NCBI GenBank assembly: GCA_965231135.1
Contig: OZ246419.1
Location: 257,488-321,487, forward strand
Origin: an uncultured Gammaproteobacteria bacterium
GTDB lineage: Bacteria > Patescibacteriota > Microgenomatia > UBA8517
Direction: 5' to 3'
DNA: 64,000 bases
Part shown: positions 39,526 through 49,327 of the stretch, piece after piece
Position numbering within the stretch: the first letter of the stretch is position 1
How the letters are laid out: each line of letters starts with the position of its first letter
The notes under the pieces: model-generated
Databases searched by the model: none
Told to the model about the DNA's origin: nothing
The model's input: only the letters and a program-made list of their open reading frames with translations
Made by a program: the position numbers and the translations under genes

Positions 39526-40152
39526 ATGAAAGTAAACGAACTTCTTTCAGGAACACGGGTTTTATATCAAGATAAAAAATGGAAAGTTATTAAAGACTTT
39601 GCCTGGGGAACTTATATCCAATCTGGTGGTCTTACACAAAGCGGAGGAATTGTGACTAAAATCTGGAAAGAAACTTTGAAAAAAGTAATTGATATTAAAC
39701 CTGTAGCTGAAAATATTTTAATATTGGGACTTGGAGGAGGAAGTGCTGCAAAACTTGTTTCGCAATACTGGGTGAATTCAAAAATTACTGGAGTTGATAT
39801 TAATAAAAAAATTGTAGAGCTTGGGAAGAAATATTTGAAGCTTGATGAAAATAGTATAGGTATTCAAATTCAGGATGCATATGGATTTATTTTGACCACA
39901 GATAAAAAATATGATTTGATTTTGGTTGATTTATATAATGGAGATAAATTTCCAGAAGAATTTGAAAGCGAAAAATTTATAAAAAGTGTTAAAAGTAAGC
40001 TTACAAAAGGAGGAATTGTTGTTTTTAATAGACTTTATGGAGCTGATCGACGCACACAATCTATGAAATTTGGAAGAGTACTTGAAAAATATTTTAAAAA
40101 AGTAGATTATATAATCCCAATGGCAAACGTCGACTTTGTCTGCTACAATTAG
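39526..40152 (+). CDS. Spermidine-synthase-like class I SAM-dependent methyltransferase-fold protein
   Basis: ILILGLGGGSAAK Gly-rich loop. VDINKKIVELGKKY. ILVDLYNGDKFP. ATG 39526 is preferred over the track's TTG at 39502. TATAAT at 39513-39518 suggests a leaderless transcript. Confidence 0.55.
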   Translation: MKVNELLSGTRVLYQDKKWKVIKDFAWGTYIQSGGLTQSGGIVTKIWKETLKKVIDIKPVAENILILGLGGGSAAKLVSQYWVNSKITGVDINKKIVELGKKYLKLDENSIGIQIQDAYGFILTTDKKYDLILVDLYNGDKFPEEFESEKFIKSVKSKLTKGGIVVFNRLYGADRRTQSMKFGRVLEKYFKKVDYIIPMANVDFVCYN

Positions 40153-40163
40153 GTTCAATTAAT

Positions 40164-42881
40164 ATGAATATATTTTCTAAGATACTTGATGTTAATGCAC
40201 GAGAGCTTGATGAGTTTAAGAAAATAGTTAAGAAAATAAATGAGCTTGAGCCAAAAATGGCAAAACTGAAAGAAGCAGATTTTGCAAAAAAAACTGCTGA
40301 ATTTAAGAAAAAAATCCAAGCATCAAGCGATATTGAGAAGACTTTAAACGAAATACTTCCTGAGGCATTCGCACTTTCCCGTGAGGCATCTTTTCGAGTT
40401 TTAGGACAAAAACCTTATGACGTACAGCTTGTTGCTGGAATTGCACTTTTTAAAGGACGGGTTGCGGAACAAAAAACTGGAGAAGGGAAAACATTATCGG
40501 CTGTTGCACCTTTATATTTGCGAGCACTTGCAGGAAAAGGTGTACACCTTGTAACAGTTAACGACTACTTGGCTCGCTTGGGAGCTGGATGGAATGGGCC
40601 TGTGTTTGCATTACTTGGAATGAAAGTGGGAGTAATAGTGCAAGAAAGCAAATCGTTTATTTATGATCCAAAGTTTACTGATAAGTCGCACGGCGATGAA
40701 AGACTTTATCACCTTAAACCATGTGAACGCAAAGTCGCATATGAAGCTGATGTTACTTATGGAACTAATAATGAATATGGATTTGATTATTTGAGGGACA
40801 ATATGGTTCAAACACTTGCTGAAATGGCTCAACGCGGGCATTATTTTGCAATTGTAGACGAAGTTGACTCAGTTTTGATTGATGAGGCCCGTACTCCTCT
40901 TATTATTTCAGCTCCAGATAATGACCCGACTGATAAATATTATAAATTTGCTGAGATTATAAAGGACCTTGATCCTGAAACACATTACACAATAGATGAA
41001 AAATATAAGAGTGCAACTTTAACTGAGAAAGGAATTGAGCAAGTTGAGAAAATTTTGGGATTAAATAATCTTTATGAACAAGATTTTGAGGCAATTCATC
41101 ATATTGAAAATGCACTTCGAGCAAGAGCTCTTTATTTAAGAGATCGAGAATATGTTGTAAAAGACGGCGAAGTAATTATTGTTGATGAATTTACTGGAAG
41201 ACTTATGGTTGGAAGACGATGGAGTGATGGACTTCATCAGGCGGTTGAGGCAAAAGAAGGAGTTGTGATTCAGCAAGAAAGCAAAACTCTTGCCACAATT
41301 TCCTTTCAAAATTATTTCAGAATGTATGATCATCTTTCCGGAATGACTGGAACTGCTTCAACAGAAGCTGGGGAATTTAAGAAAATTTATAAACTTGAAG
41401 TTGTTGTTGTGCCAACGCATAGGCCAATGATTCGAAAAGATCATGCTGATGTAATCTATAAAACAATTGAAGCAAAATATAAGCAAATCGCTGATGATGT
41501 TGCTGAAATGCATAAAAAAGGACAGCCAGTTTTGATTGGAACTACGTCAATTGAAAAAAATGAAATAATTTCTGAATTCTTAAAGAAAAGAAAAGTTCCA
41601 CATCAACTCTTGAATGCAAAAAACCACGAGAAGGAAGCTGAAATAATCGCACAGGCTGGAAAAAGCGGAGCTGTGACCGTTGCTACAAACATGGCAGGAA
41701 GAGGAGTGGATATTATTTTGGGAGGAAGCAAGCCTGAGAAAAAAAGCGAAATTAAAAAATGGGAAAAAGATCACGAAGAAGTTGTAAAATCGGGAGGACT
41801 TCATGTTGTTGGTACAGAGCGACATGAATCACGAAGAATTGATAATCAACTTCGAGGGAGGTCTGGACGACAAGGAGATCCTGGGTCTTCAAGATTTTAT
41901 TTGTCAGTAGAGGATGATTTAATGAGAATTTTTGGAGGAGATAGAATCGGATCTTTAATGGAAACACTTAAAATTCCTGAAGGACAACCAATTGAAAACC
42001 GTTTAATTTCAAAAGCAATAGAATCGGCACAAGTAAAAGTTGAGGGATTTCATTTTGATGCACGTAAACGTGTTGTTGAATATGACGATGTAGCTAACCA
42101 ACAGCGAGATATTATTTATAAACTGCGAAAAAGAATATTGGAAGCAGAAGACTTGAAGAGAGAAGTTTTAGAAAAACTTGATCATCAAGTTGAAAAGATT
42201 ATGTTTGAATACCCCGATGATAAAAGGACAAAAAGAATAACAAATTCTGATGACAGAATTTTTGAAGAATTAGTTGCTGGGCTTGCCGAAATAGTTCCAT
42301 TTGATGACAACTCTTTGAAAAATATAGAAGCACAGGCGAAAAGGATTAGCAAAAAGATAGAAATGCAGAAGTTTTTGATAGATACAGTGCATCAAGCGCA
42401 CGCGGCACGCGAAAAGCAAGTTGGAGAAAAAATTATGAGGCAAATTGAAAGATTTGCATATTTATCTTCGATTGACCATCTTTGGATAGATCACATTGAT
42501 CATATTGAAGACCTTAGACAGGGAATTGAGCTTCGGGCTTATGGACAACGCGATCCTGTAGTTGAATTTAAAAACGAAGCATACGATCTTTTTGAAACTT
42601 TGATTGATAGAATTGATGAAGAACTCTCAAGAAGAATTTTTAGAATTGATGTCGGGCGAATGCCAAATGAAATTCCCCAGAATCCTATGACTAATACAGA
42701 TACAACAGATATGATGGGATTAACTGGTGCAATACAAAAGCCAAGTAAAGACAATCAAGTAAAAATCAAATCAACAAGAATTGGGAGAAATGATCCTTGC
42801 CCATGCGGAAGTGGTAAAAAGTTTAAAAAGTGCGGACTTCTTAATACTGAAGAACATCAGAGATTGATGGCTAATAAGTAA
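40164..42881 (+). CDS. secA: Preprotein translocase ATPase SecA
   Basis: DEAD-like motor motifs and C-terminal zinc finger CPCGSGKKFKKCG. Confidence 0.95.
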   Translation: MNIFSKILDVNARELDEFKKIVKKINELEPKMAKLKEADFAKKTAEFKKKIQASSDIEKTLNEILPEAFALSREASFRVLGQKPYDVQLVAGIALFKGRVAEQKTGEGKTLSAVAPLYLRALAGKGVHLVTVNDYLARLGAGWNGPVFALLGMKVGVIVQESKSFIYDPKFTDKSHGDERLYHLKPCERKVAYEADVTYGTNNEYGFDYLRDNMVQTLAEMAQRGHYFAIVDEVDSVLIDEARTPLIISAPDNDPTDKYYKFAEIIKDLDPETHYTIDEKYKSATLTEKGIEQVEKILGLNNLYEQDFEAIHHIENALRARALYLRDREYVVKDGEVIIVDEFTGRLMVGRRWSDGLHQAVEAKEGVVIQQESKTLATISFQNYFRMYDHLSGMTGTASTEAGEFKKIYKLEVVVVPTHRPMIRKDHADVIYKTIEAKYKQIADDVAEMHKKGQPVLIGTTSIEKNEIISEFLKKRKVPHQLLNAKNHEKEAEIIAQAGKSGAVTVATNMAGRGVDIILGGSKPEKKSEIKKWEKDHEEVVKSGGLHVVGTERHESRRIDNQLRGRSGRQGDPGSSRFYLSVEDDLMRIFGGDRIGSLMETLKIPEGQPIENRLISKAIESAQVKVEGFHFDARKRVVEYDDVANQQRDIIYKLRKRILEAEDLKREVLEKLDHQVEKIMFEYPDDKRTKRITNSDDRIFEELVAGLAEIVPFDDNSLKNIEAQAKRISKKIEMQKFLIDTVHQAHAAREKQVGEKIMRQIERFAYLSSIDHLWIDHIDHIEDLRQGIELRAYGQRDPVVEFKNEAYDLFETLIDRIDEELSRRIFRIDVGRMPNEIPQNPMTNTDTTDMMGLTGAIQKPSKDNQVKIKSTRIGRNDPCPCGSGKKFKKCGLLNTEEHQRLMANK

Positions 42882-42937
42882 CTTCAGGATTTTTTCAGAG
42901 TTGACGAGATAATATTTCTTCAGTTAGGATAAATCTT

Positions 42938-43369
42938 ATGAAAAAAGTAATTATTGCATTAGTTGCCGTGGCAGTAATTGGAGGTTTTGCTTTGTTTTAT
43001 AAAATGAACAAATCAGATGAACCTTCAACAACTGATAATAGTAATTCTGCAAATTTAGAAACAACAAATAATACGCCAGCAAGTTATAAAGACGGAACTT
43101 ATACTGGAGTAGTTGGAAGTGCTTCTCAATATGGAAATATACAGGTCAAAGTTGTTATTTCTGGTGGAAAAATAACTGACATTCAGTATGTTGATTTTCC
43201 GAGCGGGCCAGGGCATACAGCTGAAGTTACCGCAATGGCACAGCCAGCTTTAAAGCAAGAAGCAATTGCAGCACAAAGTGCAAATGTAAATATAGTAAGC
43301 GGCGCAACACAAGATACACAAGGATTTATTCAATCTCTTCAGGATGCGCTTAATCAGGCAAAAATTTAA
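42938..43369 (+). CDS. FMN-binding-domain protein (NqrC/RnfG-like FMN_bind), membrane anchored, extracytoplasmic
   Basis: YKDGTYTG...KITDIQYV...AQSANVNIVSGATQDTQ, including the SGAT flavinylation motif. N-terminal TM anchor. Confidence 0.8.
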   Translation: MKKVIIALVAVAVIGGFALFYKMNKSDEPSTTDNSNSANLETTNNTPASYKDGTYTGVVGSASQYGNIQVKVVISGGKITDIQYVDFPSGPGHTAEVTAMAQPALKQEAIAAQSANVNIVSGATQDTQGFIQSLQDALNQAKI

Positions 43370-43375
43370 CTTCTT

Positions 43376-44086
43376 ATGAAGCAGATGCGATTTATTATGG
43401 GAATGCCTGTAATAGTTGAAATTGTTGGTGAAAAAAAGAATAAACCTTTTGAGAAAGTTTTTGAGTATTTTGGATGGGTTGATGAGAAGTTTAGCCCTTA
43501 CAAACAAAATAGTGAAGTAACCAAACTTAACTTTGAAGATAAAGATTTAAAACAAATTTTAAAACAATGCGCGCAAACAAAAAAAGATACAAATGGATAT
43601 TTTGATGTGTTTTATGAGGGAACTTTTGACCCATCAGGATTAGTAAAAGGTTGGGCGATTTGGGAGGCATCTAAAATTCTTGAGGAAATGAAATATAAAG
43701 ATTTTTATATTGAAGCAGGCGGGGATATACAAACCCATGGATTAAATGAGGCTCACGAAAAATGGAAAGTGGGGGTTAAAAATCCTTTTAATAGAAATCA
43801 GATTATAAAAATTGTGCAACTTTCTGGAGAAGGAATTGCAACCAGCGGAAATTATGAAAAAGGAAATCATATATATAATCCACTTGGGAAATCTAACAGT
43901 GAAATTGTAAGTTTGACGGTGATTGGGAAAAATGTTTATGAAGCTGATAGATTTGCTACACCTTTATTTGCAATGGGGTTTGAGGGAATAAAATTTTTGG
44001 AAAAGAAAAACCATTTGGAAGGTTATATGATTGATAAGAAAGGATTTGCAACTTTTACAAAAGGGTTTGAAAAATATGTTAACTAA
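43376..44086 (+). CDS. apbE: FAD:protein FMN transferase (ApbE family), N-terminally short and without a signal peptide
   Basis: MGMPVIVEI...FSPYKQNSEVTKLN...IEAGGDI...IATSGNYEKG fit the ApbE pattern. The frame cannot extend upstream because of a TAA 6 nt before the ATG. Confidence 0.7.
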   Translation: MKQMRFIMGMPVIVEIVGEKKNKPFEKVFEYFGWVDEKFSPYKQNSEVTKLNFEDKDLKQILKQCAQTKKDTNGYFDVFYEGTFDPSGLVKGWAIWEASKILEEMKYKDFYIEAGGDIQTHGLNEAHEKWKVGVKNPFNRNQIIKIVQLSGEGIATSGNYEKGNHIYNPLGKSNSEIVSLTVIGKNVYEADRFATPLFAMGFEGIKFLEKKNHLEGYMIDKKGFATFTKGFEKYVN

Positions 44087-45563
44087 AATTGATGATTTGT
44101 TGAATTCAATAACAATGTACCGTCTGGTACTTTATTATTTGATTGGGCTTCTTTTTATAGCCTTTATATATAGTATCTTTCACGTATTGCCCTTTGGCCC
44201 TAATGAGCTTATTGTTTCAACTTTTATTTTAGTTGCAGTTAGTTATGTGGCAAATAAATTTTTTGCCTATTTATTTAAAGTACAAACGAATTATGAGTCA
44301 TTTTTGATTACAGCTTTAATACTTGTTTTGATTATTACTCCTGGTCTTGCCGTTTCAAAAATTGAATTTTTAATTTTTGCATCAATCTTATCAATGCTTG
44401 CAAAATATATTTTAAATATTAAGGGAAAGCATATTTTTAACCCGGCAGCAATTGCTTTGGTGATTACTGCTTTTACGATAAATGGTTTTGCGTCATGGTG
44501 GATTGCAACCAGATGGATGTTTCCGTTTTTGCTTCTTGGTTTTTTGATTGTGCGAAAAATAAGAAGAGAATCACTAGTATTTTATTTTTTTGTAGGAGCA
44601 TTGATTTCTACTTTTATGGTTTATTTTAGTAGAGGAGATTTTGAAATCTTAAAGATAGTTGAAAATACTTTTTTGGATTCGCCAATATTATTTTTTGCAT
44701 TTGTGATGCTTACAGAACCACTTACAACACCGCCGACTGCAAACTTGCAGGCGTTATATGGAGTGTTTGTTGGACTTTTATTTGCACCACTTTACTTTGG
44801 AAGGTTTTATACTACACCTGAAATTGCTTTGTCTATTGGAAACGTTTTCTCCTATTTGGTAAGTCCTAAAGAAAAATTGACACTTAAATTGAAAGAGAAG
44901 ATAAAATTAACTTCAGATATTTATGATTTTGTGTTTGTGTCAAACAAGAAAATAAATTTCACTGCTGGGCAATATCTGGAATGGACTTTTGGACATAAAA
45001 ATACCGATTCTCGAGGAAATAGAAGGTATTTTACAATTTCTTCCAGCCCTACTGAAAATGATTTGAGGATTGGAATAAAATTTCCAAAACGCGTATTAAG
45101 CAGTTATAAAAAACAACTTCTTGAAATGAAAAATGGAGATAAGATAATCGCTGGAAATTTAGCTGGAGATTTTACATTAAAAGAAAATGCAGAAAGGAAA
45201 CTTGTTTTTGTTGCTGGGGGAATTGGAGTGACGCCGTATCGCAGCATTATTAAATATTTAATTGACAAAAAAGAAAAATGTGATGTTGTTTTGGTGTACT
45301 TTGAAAAAAATAAAAGAGAAATGGTTTATAAAGATGTTTTTAAAGAAGCAAAGAAAAAGATAGGGCTTAAGATAATTTATTTTGAAACTGAAAAACAGGG
45401 CCATATGATTGGAACAGATATTAAAAAAGAGATTCCAGATTATAAAGATAGGATTTTTTATCTATCTGGCCCACATGGAATGGTTACTGGTTTTCAAAAA
45501 GAACTAAACAACATTGGTTTATCGAAACAAAATGTTAAAGTGGATTATTTTCCAGGTTTTTAA
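44075..45563 (+). CDS. Polytopic membrane protein (RnfD/NqrB-like N-domain with HIFNPAA) fused to a ferredoxin-NADP-reductase-like FAD/NAD(P)-binding domain
   Basis: About 8-10 TM helices. C-terminal RRYFTISSSP (RxYS FAD motif) and GGIGVTPYRS (NAD-binding GxGxxP). ATG at 44075 overlaps the apbE end by 12 nt. Confidence 0.55.
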
Positions 45564-45575
45564 TATACTTCTTTC

Positions 45576-46247
45576 ATGATTCCAAGCATTCTTGTTATTG
45601 AGGATGATAAGGACATTAACGAATATCTTAAAGATTTTTTGACAGAGAATGATTTTAATGTATATACAACAGACAAAGGAGTTGCCGGACTTGAGTATTT
45701 TAAAAATCATGAACCTGACCTTGTCCTTCTTGATTTAGGACTTCCTGATATGAGTGGTGAAAGTGTTTGTGCTGAAATGTATAAAATTTTTCCAGATATT
45801 CCCGTGATTGTTCTTACTGCAAAAACAGATACTCAGGATAAAGTTAAACTTTTCAATGTTGGAGCTGATGATTATATTACCAAGCCTTTTGAGGTTGAGG
45901 AACTTTTGGCGAGAATTAAGGCAAGGCTTCGTGCAAAAGTGCCTGGAGAAAATAAATTAAAAATTGGAGACCTTGAACTTGATCCTAAAAAGTTTGAAGT
46001 GAAAAGAGGCGGAAATGAAATTAAACTTACACCACAAGAATTTAAATTATTGGAATATTTGATGAATAATGAAGGAATTGTTCTTTCCAGAGATATGATT
46101 TTGAATAGGATTTGGGGTTATTCTGCTGACGTTGAAAGCCGAGTGGTTGATGTATATTTTGGATATTTACGCAAAAAAATTGATAATAAATATCCAAAAA
46201 AGCTTTTGCATAGTGTACGCGGTTTTGGCTATTCCGCGCACCAATAA
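45576..46247 (+). CDS. OmpR-family response regulator (REC plus winged helix)
   Basis: DD...D57-like LLDLGLPD...K in REC. C-terminal LTPQEFKLLEYL...VDVYFGYLRKKI. Confidence 0.9.
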   Translation: MIPSILVIEDDKDINEYLKDFLTENDFNVYTTDKGVAGLEYFKNHEPDLVLLDLGLPDMSGESVCAEMYKIFPDIPVIVLTAKTDTQDKVKLFNVGADDYITKPFEVEELLARIKARLRAKVPGENKLKIGDLELDPKKFEVKRGGNEIKLTPQEFKLLEYLMNNEGIVLSRDMILNRIWGYSADVESRVVDVYFGYLRKKIDNKYPKKLLHSVRGFGYSAHQ

Positions 46248-46251
46248 AACA

Positions 46252-46285
46252 GGCGACCCTTTCGGGCCGCCCTTCTTACTTTAGT
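46252..46285. terminator. Bidirectional intrinsic terminator. GGCGACCC-TTTC-GGGCCGCC hairpin with U-tracts on both strands.
   Basis: Lies between convergent stops at 46247 (+) and 46285 (-). On the minus strand the stem is perfect with a GAAA tetraloop. Confidence 0.6.
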
Positions 46286-46473
46286 TACCTCTGGCCACCT
46301 ACACGGCCAGCTTCTTTTGCTTCTTCACTCGTCCATTCATGGGCTGTGCCATTTTTATGGGCAGCCTTTCCACCTTTACTTGCAATTTTTCTTTGCTTGT
46401 CAGGATCCATAGAAGCAAAACCTTTATTACTGTTTCCAGAACTATTTTGGTTTTGATCGTTGTCGTCTCCCAT
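46285..46473 (-). CDS. KGG-repeat stress-induced protein (YciG-like)
   Basis: KGGKAAHKNGTAHEWTSEEAKEAGRVGG matches the KGG-domain pattern. Confidence 0.7.
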   Translation of the reverse strand: MGDDNDQNQNSSGNSNKGFASMDPDKQRKIASKGGKAAHKNGTAHEWTSEEAKEAGRVGGQR

Positions 46474-46565
46474 TAATTATTCACCTCCTTTCTTTTATGA
46501 TTTCTTTTTAATTTATTCTCGTGATAAAGAAATGAAATTCACGTAAGAGTCTTACAAGAATTAAC

Positions 46566-46802
46566 TTAAATTAATCTTGAAACCCAAATAAGTACGATAG
46601 CTCCGATTACCGCTACTATTAAGCTATATAAATTAAGTCCTGTAACTCCAGATGAACCTAGAATGCTCATTAAAAATCCACCAACAAGAGCACCGATTAT
46701 TCCGATTACAATGTCTGCAATCATTCCGTGGCTGCTTTTCATAATGACTGAGGCAATCCAGCCAGCAATTCCTCCAAAAATAATCCATAAAATTATTCCC
46801 AC
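46566..46802 (-). CDS. GlsB/YeaQ/YmgE-family stress-response membrane protein
   Basis: Gly-zipper TM helices (GIAGWIAS...GIIGALVGGFL). GGAGGTGA SD. Confidence 0.8.
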   Translation of the reverse strand: MGIILWIIFGGIAGWIASVIMKSSHGMIADIVIGIIGALVGGFLMSILGSSGVTGLNLYSLIVAVIGAIVLIWVSRLI

Positions 46803-47064
46803 CTTGTTTTCACCTCCAGTCTAAAGTTATTTTTTACTAGATGAGTCAGAAACTTATATTAAAAATAGTAAGAATTTTATGAGAATAAAAATTCTTGGGG
46901 ATTTACTTATTTTCGTAATTGTGGTTTGGCTTATAACCAGCCTGCCAAGCCCGTTTGGAGAAATTCAGCTGTTCTTATTATTATTGGGCTTCTTTTGTAT
47001 ATTTTAAGATTTTGAAATGCTCTCAAGAATATTCCGAAGTTTAGACTAAATCAAATTCTTCAGC

Positions 47065-47124
47065 TTGACTTTTTTACTCATTAAGATTAATGTAAGCCTT
47101 GTGTAAGACTTCTGTAAGAAGCCT
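47065..47124 (+). promoter_or_regulatory. Candidate promoter (TTGACT, 17-nt spacer, TAATGT) overlapping a triple direct repeat with 11-bp period (GTAAGccttgt / GTAAGacttct / GTAAGaagcct)
   Basis: Repeats at 47092, 47103 and 47114. The one-helical-turn spacing is typical of OmpR-family response-regulator binding sites. Confidence 0.4.
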
Positions 47125-47134
47125 TACTATAAGT

Positions 47135-47569
47135 ATGTTATTAAACTTCCAGGATAGAAGATTCACAATTGATGGCAAGATTAGATATGGTAAATTGAAT
47201 CTAATAATGGAGGTTTATTATAAAAAGTACATTAACACCAAATCTATTCCTGCTACTGTTCCTGTTTTAAGCTCTGACTTACCCAGTATTTTTAAATGCG
47301 AATGTTTTAATGAAGAAAACAAAAATTTTAAAGAAGAGAGTGGACAAACTGAGCTTGGACACTTGTTTGAACATATTATGCTTGAGTATCTTTGTATTAC
47401 TAAGCTTAATTCAGGATGTAAACAGGCGATTTATGAGGGAGTGACAAACTGGGCAGTTGATAATCCGTATATTTTCAATATTCAGATAAAAACTGGAAAG
47501 CGGGATATTGAAAACATCGAAAAAGCATTTAAGAAGTCCACACGTCTTTTGGGAAAAATATTGGGTTAG
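47135..47569 (+). CDS. Hypothetical protein immediately upstream of the histidine kinase
   Basis: ATG 47135 is preferred over the track's TTG at 47099. No domain recognised. Confidence 0.35.
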   Translation: MLLNFQDRRFTIDGKIRYGKLNLIMEVYYKKYINTKSIPATVPVLSSDLPSIFKCECFNEENKNFKEESGQTELGHLFEHIMLEYLCITKLNSGCKQAIYEGVTNWAVDNPYIFNIQIKTGKRDIENIEKAFKKSTRLLGKILG

Positions 47570-47591
47570 GATATATACTATCAATACATTT

Positions 47592-48728
47592 ATGGATAGT
47601 GTTTGGGAGAGAATATATAACTCGGCGCTTCATTTTTTAACAATTCATGACAAAGAACAGATGTATCATCTTGTTGTAAAAGAGGCAATTAATTTGGTTG
47701 ATGCAGATTACGGATCTGTTTTTCTGGTAAAAAAAGAAGTTCCTGTAAGAGTTTTTTCTTCGTATAGGACTTTATATAATGTTGAAGCAAGAGCGAAAGG
47801 AAAAGTCTATTCTGCCTTTAAAAATGGAACTCCGGTTTTGATTTCTTCACCAAAAGAATCTGACCATTCAGAGCTTCGGATTCTTGGAGTACGTTCTGAG
47901 ATAATTGTTCCTCTTTTATATGGGGGAATGACGGTTGGGGTTTTGTCTATTTTATCAAAAAAACAAAATCTAAAAGAAGAAGAACTTGATAAATTAATGA
48001 TTTTTGCACCTCTTGCAACACTTGCGATAAGAAATATGACTCTAAATGAAGATCTTAAAAAAGCTATTGAATCGCGTAATCTTTTTATGTCGCTTGCTTC
48101 ACATGAACTTAAAACTCCGCTTACTGTAATATCTTTGTACTCTGACAGCTTGGCTAAGAAAGTTTCAACTGAAAGCGGAAAAAGAGACGCTGAGAAGATA
48201 AAAAGTGCAATAAAAAGAGTTAATTATTTGGTAAATGAATTTCTTGAAGTTGATTCATATAACAAAGGAGAGCTCCATTATAAATTTAATAGAACTAATT
48301 TGTATGATTTGATTAAGTCTGTTGTGTTATGGTATAAAAACGATAAACTATCTCCAAATATTAATTATAATTTAAACGAAAATCGTGAGTTTGAAACTTT
48401 TATTGATCAAGAAAAAATAAGGGAAGTTTTAATCAATGTTCTAAATAATGCAATCAAGTTTTCTCCAGAAGCTTCTGAAATAGACATTGAGACTAAACAA
48501 AAAAATGGGAAATTTTATATTTCTGTTACTGATCACGGAGAAGGGATATCGAAAAATAATTTGACTAATATTTTTGGTAGATTTTATAAAGGTACGTCTA
48601 AAAAAACCGGAATGGGGCTTGGTCTATATCTGGCCAAAAAAATTATGAAAACTCATAAAGGAGAGATTGAAGTTAAATCTCAACTTGGAAAAGGCACTAC
48701 AGTTGTGATAACTTTGCCAAAAAGATGA
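47592..48728 (+). CDS. Cytoplasmic sensor histidine kinase (GAF-HisKA-HATPase_c)
   Basis: H-box SHELKTPL. N, G1 and G2 boxes (NAIKFS; DHGEGI; GMGLGL). N-terminal GAF-like domain. ATG 47592 is preferred; the track's 47508 start is a TTG. Confidence 0.85.
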   Translation: MDSVWERIYNSALHFLTIHDKEQMYHLVVKEAINLVDADYGSVFLVKKEVPVRVFSSYRTLYNVEARAKGKVYSAFKNGTPVLISSPKESDHSELRILGVRSEIIVPLLYGGMTVGVLSILSKKQNLKEEELDKLMIFAPLATLAIRNMTLNEDLKKAIESRNLFMSLASHELKTPLTVISLYSDSLAKKVSTESGKRDAEKIKSAIKRVNYLVNEFLEVDSYNKGELHYKFNRTNLYDLIKSVVLWYKNDKLSPNINYNLNENREFETFIDQEKIREVLINVLNNAIKFSPEASEIDIETKQKNGKFYISVTDHGEGISKNNLTNIFGRFYKGTSKKTGMGLGLYLAKKIMKTHKGEIEVKSQLGKGTTVVITLPKR

Positions 48729-49276
48729 TAGGAGGAGTTGAACACAATCAGTTTAATTTATCAAATAGAGAATTAGCATTGCAAAAAGCTTCTAGTTTAC
48801 AAATTTTTCCATATACTACTGACCTTTTAGGTAATTCGTTAAATTTAGTTCAAGATCTTCTTAGTTTTGATAAAGAGATATCTGATTTTGAAGAACAAAG
48901 TTTACTTAAGGTCCAAAGAGTTGTTGGAATCTTTGGATTGCCAGATAGTGGCAAAGATTGGTTAATGGATAATGTTATTATTCCATATTTAGGCAAGGCT
49001 AGAAGAAATGCATTCGATGAAAAAGCTGCTTTTTTGCGGCTTGGGAGGCGTCCAGTTATTGCTACACCAAAAGGTGTACCTCTGCAATCATTTGAACTTG
49101 TAGCGACACGTATTAAAACAATTGCAGATACAGTTTCCGATGTGAAGAGAGAATATCGCAAAATAGTGATGCAGGGGCCTGCTGGGACAAGTTTGCAGTA
49201 CGGACTAGACAATTCTATGTTTTTCTCTACAAGAGAATATATGGACCAAGTAATGTACGATTTTTTGATCTTTTAG
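48725..49276 (+). CDS. Hypothetical protein, translationally coupled (ATGA) to the histidine kinase
   Basis: ATG overlaps the histidine-kinase TGA. Confidence 0.45.
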   Translation: MIGGVEHNQFNLSNRELALQKASSLQIFPYTTDLLGNSLNLVQDLLSFDKEISDFEEQSLLKVQRVVGIFGLPDSGKDWLMDNVIIPYLGKARRNAFDEKAAFLRLGRRPVIATPKGVPLQSFELVATRIKTIADTVSDVKREYRKIVMQGPAGTSLQYGLDNSMFFSTREYMDQVMYDFLIF

Positions 49277-49327
49277 CTAGAGAAGCTAATAATAATTTGG
49301 AGAGTACCTTTTTGTATTTGATTAATA

